Assembly: GCF_006345805.1 (NCBI RefSeq) | Contig: NW_021829832.1 | Coordinates: 434,001-498,000, forward strand | Length of the DNA stretch: 64,000 nt | Reading direction: 5' to 3' | From: Octopus sinensis | Taxonomy: Eukaryota | Part shown: positions 1 through 12,500 of the stretch, piece by piece | Layout: each line of letters opens with the position of its first letter | Position numbering within the stretch: position 1 is the stretch's first letter | Program-made: the position numbers and the translations under genes | The notes under the pieces: generated by a model | What the model saw: only the letters and a program-made list of their open reading frames with translations | Databases searched by the model: none | What the model was told of the DNA's origin: nothing

Positions 1-165
1 CATTATGACAGGCCTGATGATTGGAGCAAATCCTTTCTTACTGATGTTTTTGAACTCTACTCACGTGTTTCTCTGAACCCATTTTTCGATTTTGAAGATT
101 ATATTCATTCCAAGGACTTTATGGAAAACATGAAACAACTTTGCAGAAAACACTGTGGACCATAA
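1..165 (+). CDS. TRAPPC2: 3' end of TRAPP subunit 2 (sedlin)-like gene, partial at window edge
   Basis: Frame 1 reads HYDRPDDWSKSFLTDVFELYSRVSLNPFFDFEDYIHSKDFMENMKQLCRKHCGP*. This matches the sedlin C-terminal pattern F-x-TDVYDLY-x3-MNPF-x6-I-x-S-x2-F-x6-L-x2-KH. Confidence 0.75.
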   Translation, partial: HYDRPDDWSKSFLTDVFELYSRVSLNPFFDFEDYIHSKDFMENMKQLCRKHCGP

Positions 166-506
166 TATTTATTTTCTGTTTTTCATTTTTGGTTTTACAA
201 AATATTTATCAATGACATATTTTTTATTTTTAAAAAATGAATATATACAATCAACCTAAATCGACGGAAACCTTAGTGCTATAAAAATTAAAAATTAGTT
301 TCTGTTGTATTCAGATGAAGGACATGAATTTTTAGGGTCTGAACGGATTCTTCATTTTAGACTTGTGATTAAGTCATATTAGGAAAGCAAATGATTTCGG
401 GAAAAACTTGAAAAAAATTATAACCTTAAATATCACACTTTTTTGTTAAATAAATTAAATATATTTCTGCAAAAAGCTTAATTATAAAATTTAAAAATGG
501 TTAATT

Positions 507-520
507 GTTACTATAGTATC
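507..520 (+). promoter_or_regulatory. RFX X-box-like motif just upstream of the dynein ATG
   Basis: GTTACTATAGTATC matches GTTRCYATRGYAAC at 13/14 positions and ends 4 nt before ATG 525 of a motile-cilia gene. Confidence 0.45.
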
Positions 521-524
521 GAAA

Positions 525-3500
525 ATGAAAAGAAAGCAGAATCAGGAGTTAAGACAAAATATGGATAAATTGGGTATCAAAAAGAAAAGTCGCTATCAAC
601 CAACACCCTCTTATAAACTTGAACAAAACTTGATGTTCCCAAAAATATTACCATTTATTAACTATACAGTCGCTTCGGAAAATAGGAAACTGCTTGAAAA
701 CGCAATGTAATATATATTCTAATGTACAGAATGAGTGGTTGTCACATCAGTATGGAAAAATCAAAAAAAGTCGCAGAAAAAAATAAAAAGTATGATGAAC
801 ATGTTCCAGAGTGGCCACAAGAAGTACGAAAATTGTTAATCTATTAATTTAGATGATGAGTTCGCAGCGAGAAATTCGAGTAATTATGATACATGCATAA
901 TTGTAGCTGAATTATTCAAGATTAAAAAAGCATTTTGAATGTTCTCCAATAGGACAGCTTAGCGACGAAACAAAAAAGAAAATTCTTTCTCTTATTTCGC
1001 CAAATTTAAGAAATAAAAGCCATTTGAAAACTTGTCAGGATTTGATGTTTCAAGAAGTCGACAAGGAATACGTGAGCAGCCTCAAATATTTTATTGGTTG
1101 ATCTTTTTGGATAAAACTTATCATTTATAGTCAAGTCTTCGCTAAAAGAAAACTCCGAGACAAAACAATCGGATGAAAATTGGATCCCCATTTCGAGACA
1201 ACTGTTAAAGAATACTAATAAAATTTTAATATAGAGAGTTTGGCGGGAAGAAGGAATGGAATAAATCTTTTAAAAATAGTCTGAAGTATCTTGAAAAAAA
1301 CTTGTTTTGTTTCCATCCGTTATTGGTGGCTATTCGGAATTTCTACTACGACACATTATTGACAACTACGTTTCTGGATATCGAAATTGCAATGTGAGCA
1401 ATATCAAAAAATTATTTAATAATAGGAATGAAAAGCCTTACGAATATGATCTATTTCACAAAACAGTGGAATTTGCATGTGACAAGCGTTGTACAAATAT
1501 CATGCAAAATTGGTTCAGTCAGCTCATCAGAATGGTCACTGTCGACTACTCAGAATCGCTCCAAAAAGTGAGGAATCAGCGAAAAATTCATAGCTGCATC
1601 GATTCCCTTATGTCAATTCAAGTAAGATAGGACGTAAAATTCAGATACGAAACCTACTGACTCGGTCTCTGGATGAGTGGGTCAACTTTTTGGTCTCTGA
1701 TGAAATCTCACCAGTCTTCCGCATGCAGTTGGTTTTCGACAACAATGTGATGCAGACATATCCTTCATACAAAAATTTTGAAAAAATTCTTTACTACCCT
1801 ATAGAAAAAGTAAATCTGTGTTATTTTCACTTAAAGATTAAAACTTGCCTACAAACAGTTCCGACGTTATACTCCTGGATAAAGAACGACGAGAAATATC
1901 TCAACACAAGAGTATTCGTTTTGTGGTCGATTAATAGGTCGACGAAGGGTTTGTAAAAACTGTGTTTGGACAGATCACTTCCTTCGCCACCTATCATTAT
2001 GGGCAAGTTATGCAGTTCATTGAGTACTACGGTTTTGGGAATGTAGATTTAATCTCTCTAGGGGAGGTTTATGGAAGCATTGCAGATGGTAGTAGGATCA
2101 ACGAGTTTACGGAATATCTTAAACAAGATCACATGTTTGATGACTATTGCCAAGTAATATTTGTTCCATATACATAGCATATTGATTACTTTCGTGGAAT
2201 CGCTAAGAAAATAATGAGTCTGCCTCGGTATGAATATGTGAAGTGTATATGTATCGACTGCGAAGAACTTAAAAGTAGTTTGGCGGAAGAAGCCCATCGA
2301 ATATCTTCGATTCTTTTGGAAAAAGTAGCAACGGACAATAGAAACGAAAACTCTTTGTATTATAAAAGCAATTCGAATTTAGAATTTGCCAAGAGTTCGA
2401 GGAAATATTTAACAAGGCAGTGAAACAACCTGAAAACACAGAAGAACTTATAGAACTAACAAAATATATTGAAAAAGCTCGCACAGTTGGAATGGTCAGT
2501 TTGAACAAACGATTAGAGGTTGATAACTTTATTTATTTTTTGAAGGAGTCGAAAGAACGGTTAAACTGGCTGATTGACTATTACCTTTTTACTAAAGAAG
2601 ACATTGAACTTAATAATAAAACATTTTTATGGTTTAAATCAATAAACAACATTTTTGATGAAAATGAAAAGGTTATTTTCTTATATTTAGTTCAAGCTAA
2701 TCGAGAATGTTTACGTGAGTAGACAAGAAATTCTAAACGAGCAAAAGGAGAAGACGTTGCTAAAATTAAATCAACTAAGACTACACGTCGAAGAATTTGC
2801 TGATTTTGGGGAACAGTCGCTATTACCTCAATACGTTCAGGACATCAGACAGACAGCCACCAAGTTGAACGAAGAAATGAAAATGATAGAATGGATCAAC
2901 AAGGTCATTTGATTTATTTAGATTGGTAGGAAGAAAAGTTGTTGAAGATCGCGATTACAAACTACGACGAAGCCTCTGAAATATTTTCTTCGTTGGAAAT
3001 ATACCAAAGACTTTTCACGATTGTACAGAAATGGCAGAGAGCAGATAAAAAGTCAAAATCAATGTTTATTTCAAGGTGGATGGACGGATATATCCAGGAT
3101 TTAAGTTCTGAAATTGTGGAGTCCGAGTCAGACGACTACAAACGTGAAATCTATAAAATTAACAAGGCAACTATTTGATTTATTTTCTAGATTTTTACTG
3201 CCGCAGCGAGAAAGAAAATTAACGATTTGGAAGAAATTGTCAGGCAAAACAAAAGAAGGAAGTCTTCAATTATGCAAGAAGAGGATCAAGAGCAGCTCGA
3301 AGAAATTGAAAAAATTTATGAAATCCCTTCACTCGAAGAAATAAAAACACCGGCAGCTAAACTATGTGAAGCCATCCAAAATGACATTTCCGACTTTCAA
3401 GTACTTCTTTAAATGTCTATTTAAGAAAAATATTCCTATAATCGCTACAATCTGCAATCCCGGAATCAGAATCAGACACTGGCAGCAAATGTCAGAGATT

Positions 3501-6500
3501 GCATGTCTGGACTTGACCCCTGACTCAGGGACGACTCTGAGAAAAACTCTCAAGTTGAATTTGGCTCCATTTATGGAAAAATTTGAGGAGATCAGCGCAG
3601 CAGCTTCAAAAGTATGGATTTCAATAATAACCATAAGGAATATTCTCTTGAAAAGGCATTACAGAAAATGAGAGAAGAATGGGAGGACGTGGTTCTACCA
3701 CTTATAAAGTACAGAGATTCGGACATTTCCATTTTATCCTCAATCGACGATATTCAGACAATGTTGGATGATCAGTTAGTCAAAGTCCAGACCATGCGGG
3801 GATCTCCATTTATTAAACCCCTTGAAACAGAAGCCACAGTAATAAAAATAGTTCTGAGTTTGAATAGGACTGGAGGGATACCTTGTCGAAAGTACAAGAG
3901 ACATTAGAAGAGTGGCTAAACGTTCAAGCTCAGTGGCTTTATCTCGAACCTATCTTCAGTTCAGAAGATATTATGCAACAAATGGCTGAGGAGGGACGAT
4001 ACTTCAAAACGGTGGACAGATATTGGAAGGAAATTATGAGGAATGCAGTAAAAAATCCTACTGTTGTCGTGTTTAGAGTTATATTTAGGTTATTTCTGCA
4101 TCGACGTCAATTGGGTTATTGGATAAGTTAAGAGAGTCAAATATTTTGTTAGAAAAGATAAATAAAGGGTTAAATGCATATTTGGAAAAAAAGAGACTTT
4201 ATTTTCCACGGTTTAGATTTTGTGATATTTTGTAGGTTTTTCTTCTTATCGAATGAGGAAATTCTAGAAATACTGTCGGAGACCAAAGATCCCACACGTG
4301 TCCAACCGCACTTGAAAAAGTGCTTTGAGGGAATTTCCAAATTGAATTTTACCAAAACATATGATATTACATCTTTGATTAGCAGTGAAAACGAAAGAAT
4401 TGAGCTGTCTAAAGTTGTGAAAATACAATTCTAGCCAATAGATTATAAACACTGCCGAGTCAAAAGGTTCCGTTGAAAAATGGCTTCTCCAAGTGCAAAA
4501 AATAATGTTCGAGTCAATCCGTGACATTATCGAAAATTCAATAAAAGTTGATTAAAGTTAAAAGTTATTTTTAGGCGTACAGTATGACAAAACGTGCTGA
4601 TTGGGTTTTAAACTGGCCCGGTCAAGTCGTATTGTGTACATCTCAAATTTTTTGGACACAAGAAGTTCACAGAGCAATAAAATTTGTACACCAAGATGGG
4701 ATCAAAGATCATTTTGAACTACAAAACAAGCAGATAAATGAAATAGTAGCTCTCGTGAGGGGGGATCTAAGTAATCAACAACGAATAAGTCTTGGTGCTT
4801 TGGTTGTTATTGACGTACATGCTCGTGATGTAGTGAAATTTCTTCTTGATGAAGGTTCTATAAGTGAAAATCAAACTTTTGTAGAAACCTGTTCAGAAAA
4901 CGATTTTAATTGGCTGTCTCAGTTAAGATACTATTGGGAAGACAGTGACTGCAAAGTAAGGCTAATTAACGCTACTGTAAATTACTGTTATGAATATTTG
5001 GGGAATTCTAGCAGGTTTATTAGTTCTAAAAACATGTCAGGCTAGTTATTACGCCTCTCACTGATCGCTGTTACCGTACACTCATTGGGGCTTTTCACTT
5101 AAATTTGAACGGCGCTCCAGAAGGACCGGCCGGGACAGGAAAGACAGAAACCACCAAAGATCTTGCCAAAGCCATTGCTGTTCAATGTGTTGTATTTAAC
5201 TGTTCTGATGGACTTGATTATTTGGCAATGGGGAAGGTTTGCATAATTAAGACCTACATGTTCTCATAGTTTTTTAAAGGATTAGCCACCACCGGGGCAT
5301 GGTCTTGTTTTGACGAGTTCAACAGAATCGAGTTAGAAGTCTTATCTGTGATAGCACAGCAGGTTTTAATACCTAATAAAGTACTGTCAACAGATTCTGT
5401 CAATTATCCGTGCAGTGCAAACAAAGCAAACAACGTTTAATTTCGAAGGGACAGATATCAGCCTAAATCCTCAGTGTTACATCTGCATTACAATGAATCC
5501 TGGATATGCCGGCCGGTCAGAGTTACCAGACAATCTAAAAGTTTGTTATCGATATTTAAAACATTTAGGTTCTTTTTAGACCAGTGGCTATGATGGTCCC
5601 AGACTACGCAATGATAGGAGAAATAATGTTATATTCGTTTGGTTTCTTCAACGCCAGGGAACTGGCTGTTAAGATTGTAATGACATATCGACTTTGTTCT
5701 GAGCAACTCTCGTCGCAATTCCATTACGATTATGGAATGAGGGCTGTCAAAGCAGTGTTAGTTGCTGCAGGAAATCTGAAACTCGCATTTCCTGATCAAG
5801 ATGAAAACATTATAGTTATAAAATTAATCTCACATTTAGCTCCTTCGTTCAATTATTGATGTCAACTTGCCAAAATTTTTGTCTCATGACGTCCCTCTAT
5901 TCCAGGGAATTGTTTCCGACCTTTTCCCAGGAGTACAACTCCCGAAAGCAGACTACACCCATTTGATTAGTGCAATATCCCAAGTTTCTGAGAAAAAAAA
6001 TTTGCAAGTAACAGAGTATTTTGTGTCCAAACTGATTCAAATGTATGAAATGCTGTTAGTAAGACATGGGTGGGTTTTTTGAGTCTAAAATAGTTTTATG
6101 CTTGTGGGGGAGTCATACGGAGCCAAAACCTCTGTTATCCACACACTTTCTGATTCTCTGACACTTTTAAGCAAAACTGATAGTAACTACAAGCCTGTGG
6201 TATCCAAGACGGTAAATCCCAAAGCTGTGTCTATCGGTCAATTATTTGGCCAATTTGATATCGTTTCTCACGAGGTAATATTAGCCGATTAGCAACCTAA
6301 TAGTGGACAGATGGAATTGTGGCCAATACATTCAGGGAATTTGCCTCAACTGATTCGAGTGACAAAAAATGGGTAATTTTTGATGGCCCTGTGGATACTC
6401 TGTGGATCGAAAGTATGAACACTGTTTTAGACGATAACAAAAAACTATGTCTAATGAGTGGGGAGATTATTCAACTTACGAATAACATGAGTCTCATATT

Positions 6501-9500
6501 CGAAACGGCCGATCTTTCACAAGCTTCAGTACATAAACATATTTCTTTTTTAAGCCAGCCACAGTCAGTAGATGTGGAATGATTTACATGGAGCCAGCAA
6601 ATCTTGGTTGGAAGACACTACTAAACTCTTGGCTTGAAACACTCCCAGAAAAGTTGAAGAATGAGAGTCAATATATTTTTGATTTGTTTGATTGGCTAGT
6701 CGACCCAATGCTAAATTTAGTCAATAAACAGCTTAAAGTTCACAACCAAATGAGATATGATATTTTAGAGTTATACGCCATCTAATTCGATCGGATTGGT
6801 TCATTCTCTAATGATTTGGATCGACATGCTTTTGAAAGAACCCCTCGCTACTCAAAATGTGGAACAAAGACACTGCAAAATATGGATTACTGTATTCTAA
6901 TATTATCTAACTTAGTCGGCCTTCATGTTCGGGCTAGTTTGGTCACTTGGAGCTTTGGTAGACGAAAACGGAAGAATAAAGTTTGATAGTTTATTGAGAG
7001 ATTTAATTAAAAATGAAATGCCTAAAAAGATCGGGAAATTTGACCTCCCTTTTCCCGAAAAACTTACTGTTTACGACTATTTTTACGATGTAAATTCATT
7101 TCAAACTACAGATAATAGTTCAAAGCACGTGGGTCGTGGAAAAATTGGAATGAACTCATCGTGGGAGCATCGATCCCCGTTGATAAGAAATTGAGTGAGA
7201 TCATTGTTCCTACAGTCGATACAGCGCGATACAAATACTTACTGTCTGTTTCCATAGAGAACCAGAGGTTATTTTTGAAAGTATATTTTAGACCAATTCT
7301 TTTCTGCGGCCCCACTGGCACCGGAAAAAGCTCATATGTTCAATCAAAACTTTTAAATGAACTAGAAGATGATAAATATTCAGCGTATTTCCTAAACTTT
7401 TCAGCACAAACAAGTGCAAATCAAACTCAAGTTTGCTATTTTTATATTAATTTAGAATATTGTCATGTCAAAATTGGAAAGACGACGGCGGGGAGTTTAT
7501 GGACCACATATTGGAAAGAAAGCTGTCATCTTTATTGATGACCTAAACATTCCAGCAAAGGAGAAGTTTGGCGCTCAACCACCAATCGAGTTACTTAGAC
7601 AGGTCATTGATCATAAAACATGGTATGATTACTTTTTTAAAATATATATAGGTATGACCTCAAGGACACTAGTAAGTTGACAATTCAAGACGTCCAGTTT
7701 GTCTCTGCTATGTGTCCTCCTGGCGGGGGAAGAAATTTTGTTACAGAACGATTATTAAGACATTTTACTCTTGTCGGAATAACGCCATTTGACGACAGTT
7801 CCCTCACAAAAATATTCTCGACAATAATGACAATTTTCTTTAAGGTTTAGTCTCAACTTTATTTGTAGAAAGAGGAATTTTCTTCTGATTATATTCAACT
7901 TGGGAAAAGTATTGTCGAGGCCTCTCTGAGAGTGTACAACGAAGCTATAACATATCTCTTGCCTACTCCCAGCAAATCTCATTATATATTTAATCTTCGG
8001 GATTTTTCAAGAGTTATAAGCGGATGCTGTCTTATAAATAAGAAGAAAGTTGAAGGAAAAAGAACACTAATAAGACTTTGGGTGCATGAAACCATGCGCG
8101 TTTTTTATGATCGGCTGACAGACAAAAGTGACATGAGTTGGTTATTTAAGTATTTTTGTGCTTTAAATGATTTTAGTCTTTTGAAATCAATTGTTAAAGA
8201 GTCTTTTAATGAACGGTTTGAAGGACTCTTTGAGGTTCTGATGAAAGAAAATCAACAACAAGTGCAATTCCCACATTTACTAGTTTAGTGCATGGAAGAA
8301 GATTTAAGCAATTTATTTTTCTGTGATTACATGAATCCCGATTTGGAGATCAATCAACGATGCTACGAAGAATCGCGGTCAATAGAGAAAATGTATTCAG
8401 TTGTGGAGACATATTTGAATGAGTACAACAGCACTCACAAAACACAGATGAACATTGTTTTATTTAGGTAAGTTTTTTAATTTGACAGTAAAGATATGTT
8501 TTGGAGCACTTGTCAAGAATTTGTCGTATCTTAAGAACTCCAAGTGGAAACTGCATGCTTGTTGGAGTCGGGGGATCAGGAAGACAGTCTCTGACACGAT
8601 TGGCAGCTTATATTGCAGACTATGCTGTTTTTCAGCCTGAAATTGTTAGAGGATATGGAATCAATGAATGGCGTGAAGATTTGAAAGTGAATTCAATTTA
8701 AACTCATTTTAGGTTATTTTGAAAAAAACTGGCGTTGATGGGCTCCCCGTAGTGTTTCTTGTTTCTGACAACCAAATAAAAATGGAATCATTTTTGGAAG
8801 ACATAGATCTACTACTTAATACAACAGAAGTTCCTAATTTATTCACGATTGAAGAAAAAGTGGAAATCATAGAAGTCTATAAAAATCTTGAATCTTAGGC
8901 AATGAGAAGTCTTTTGCAGGCTAGTAAGGTGGATGGATTAACACCATTGACTTTATTTAATTATTTCGTTGGGAGGTGTAGGGAAAATCTCCACATTGTG
9001 CTGGCATTCAGTCCAATTGGGGATGCATTCAGAATGCGGATTCGACAATTTCCATCTCTTATAAATTGCTGCACCATCGACTGGTTCCAAGTTGGTCATT
9101 AAATGTATCTAATGCTCTAGGCATGGCCAGAAGAAGCTTTGGAACGCGTGGCGGTAAAATATCTTAATTCAATCGAGTCACTTCAAGTTGATAAGAGCAA
9201 ATTCGTCACTGCATGTAAAAGCATGGACAGTGTAGCCAGGGAAATGTCCCAAAAGTCGGGTTTTTTGTGAATAATTCAGATTTTATTTGGAAACCAACCG
9301 CATAACATACGTGACTCCCACCAGTTATTTGGAATTACTGACTAACTTCACTCATTTGTTTCAAGTTAAGAAAACAGAAATTCTCAAAGCAAAAAACAGA
9401 TACATAAACGGGCTAGATAAAATCAAATTTGCATCTGATCAAGTCAATTTTATTCTGATATTGTTAGATTGAAGTCATGCAGAAGGAATTAGAGGAGCTA

Positions 9501-12500
9501 AAACCGAAATTAATAGAGGCTTCTACTGAAACAGTGCAAGTGCTGGAGAAAATAGAAAAGGAGTCCGAAGAAGTTGAAGAATTCAGCAAAAATGTGCGCA
9601 AAGACGAGGCTGCAGCAAACGAGAAGGCCCAATCCGCGCAATCGTTGAAGGACGAATGTGAAGCAGATTTAGCCGAAGCAATCCCTGCCTTAGAAGCTGC
9701 TATCAATGCCTTAGACACACTCAAAGTAATTTTTGAAAAAAGACTTTAGCCTCTGATATCGTCATTGTCAAAAATTTTATTAATCCTCCTTCAGGAGTTA
9801 AGCTTGTTATGGAAGTCGTCTGTGTAATGAAGGGAATAAAACCGGACCGGGTGAACGATCCAGCCGGAACTGGACGAAAAGTAACAAAGCATCTAAATAG
9901 TTTCTAGATATTAGATTACTGGGGTCCTTCAAAGAAAATTCTCGGAGATATGACGTTTCTTCAACAGTTGAAGGAATACGACAAAGACAACATACCGGTA
10001 CAGATTTCCTAGCTAATTTCCAGGCTTCGATAATGGCGGTCGTGCGCAACGAATATATGAAAAATCCCGATTTCGATCCTTCCAAAGTCGCGAAAGCGTC
10101 ATCTGCAGCTGAGGGACTATGCAAGTGGATTCTTGCTATAGAAATATACGATCGAGTGGCCAAAGTCGTTGCCCCCAAGAAGGCTGCCCTAAAAATTGCT
10201 GAAGAAGAGCTAGAAAGCACAATGACAAATTTGAAAATCAAACAAAAGGAATTAAAGGATGTCGAAGATCGCTTGGCTAGTCTCAAAATGAATTTAGAAG
10301 AAGCCCAAAATAAGAAAGAAAATCTTGAAAATCAGGCAGCAAGCAAAATAATCACGTTTTAGGTAGACTTGTGCGGGAAAAAACTGGTCAGAGCGGAAAA
10401 ACTTATTGGAAGTCTTGGCGGAGAAAAAGAAAGGTGGAATAAAGAGGCTGCAAACCTCCAAAACACCTTAAATAATCTTCCTGGTTGTGTCGAAAAAATA
10501 ATTCTTTTTTCTAGGAAATATCCTCATATCTGCCGGATTTATATCGTACTTGGGCCCGTTTACTTATTTATATCGAGATAAATGCACGAGTGAATGGACC
10601 GAATTGTGCAAAAATTTGGAAATTCCATGCTCGTACCGATTTTCGTTGTCGGAAACATTGGGGGAACCAATTAAAATACAATCTTGGAATATTAACGGTC
10701 TTCCACGTGACCAATTTTCGACCGACAATGGAATTATCGTGGCCAACGGGCAGAGATGGTGATGAATTTCCAAAATACTTTTTAGGCCGTTGATGATAGA
10801 TCCTCAGAACCAGTCGAATAGCTGGATTAAGAATATGGAGAAAAATAACTCACTGGCTGTAGTGAAATTAACTGATAGTGACTACATGCGAACTGTAGAA
10901 AACTCTATCCAGTTTGGGAACCCTGTCCTCATTGAGAATGTGGGGGAAGAGCTCGAAACATCGCTCGAGCCAATACTTTTGAAGCAAATCTTTAAATCCG
11001 GTTGAATCACAACATTACTGATATATAAACAGGAGGAGTCGAAATGATTAGTTTGGGAGATTCCGTGATTGAATACAGCAAAGATTTTAGACTTTATATC
11101 ACAACAAAACTTCGGAACCCTCACTATCTTCCGGAGATTGCCACGAAGGTCTCAATAATAAATTTTATGATCACACCGGATGGGCTGGAAGATCAGCTAC
11201 TCGGAATTGTGGTGGCTAAAGAAAGGTCTTTCTATGGGAAACTATTTTTAGACCAGAACTGGAACAAGAAAGACAAAATTTAATTATAACAACTGCTCAA
11301 AATGCAAAACAGCTCAAGGAAATCGAAGATAAGATACTTTACACATTGGAAAACTCTGAAGGAAACATTTTGGAGGACGAGACCGCGATCGAAATTTTAG
11401 ACTCTTCAAAGCAACTCTCAAATGAAATTTCCAAGAAACAGAAGGTCTTTCTATTTTGAAATATTTTCTAAGGTTGCAGAAGAGACTCAAAAACGGATCA
11501 ACGAAACAAGACTTTGCTATCAAATGGTTGCCAATCATTCTTCAGTGTTGTATTTCTCGATTTCTGACCTTTCCAATATTGACCCAATGTACCAGTACTC
11601 TCTCGCGTGGTTTATCAACTTATTTATAACGTCTATCCAAGACAGGTAGTTATGTTTTTTGCACAATTCTTATTAGCAATAAATCTAAACAAGTTGAGAA
11701 GCGAATTCGATACCTTTCCGATTACTTTACATACAACTTGTATTCAAATGTATGTCGCTCTTTGTTTGAGAAGGACAAGTTGTTGTTTTCGTTTATTCTC
11801 TGCCTCGGCATTCAAACGTAAAATAAAATTCTAAATTCAGTGCTAAAAAAATTATCAATTCAGAAAATGTCTTATTTATGCTCACTGGCGGCGTGGGATT
11901 GGAAAACACCGAGTCCAATCCACTTTCCTCGTGGCTATCAGACAAATCATGGGACGAAATTTGTCGGCTAAGTCAGTTGGAACCATTTACAGACTTAAAG
12001 TAATACGTAAAGTAGACGCTCCATTAGAAAATCGGTGGTTGAATCCGAGAATCTTTGGAGAGACGTGCATCAAGATCCTGTAAAGATAGACTACCCGTAT
12101 CCATGGAATAAACTTAGCTCTTTTGACAAAATGACTATTTTGAGGTGTTTAAGACAGGATAAGGTTTTAATTGATTTGTAATTTATAGATTATTCCTGCA
12201 ATTGTTTCCTACGTATCTGAAACATTGGGGACTAAGTTCACAAACCCGCCACCGTTTGATCTCCAAAAGAGTTTTTTGGATTCTTCAAACGAAACTCAAT
12301 TGATTTTTGTGCTCTCCCCTGGAGCCGATCCCATGAATGCCTTGCTCAAATTTGCGGATGATAACGGCTTCAACGGAAAAAGAATGCAGGTCGTCTCCCT
12401 CGGGCAAGGACAAGGGCCTGTTGCCTTGAAAGCAATTAACGAAGCCCGAGAGAACGGATATTGGGTTTGTCTCCAAAACTGTCATCTCGCTACCTCCTGG

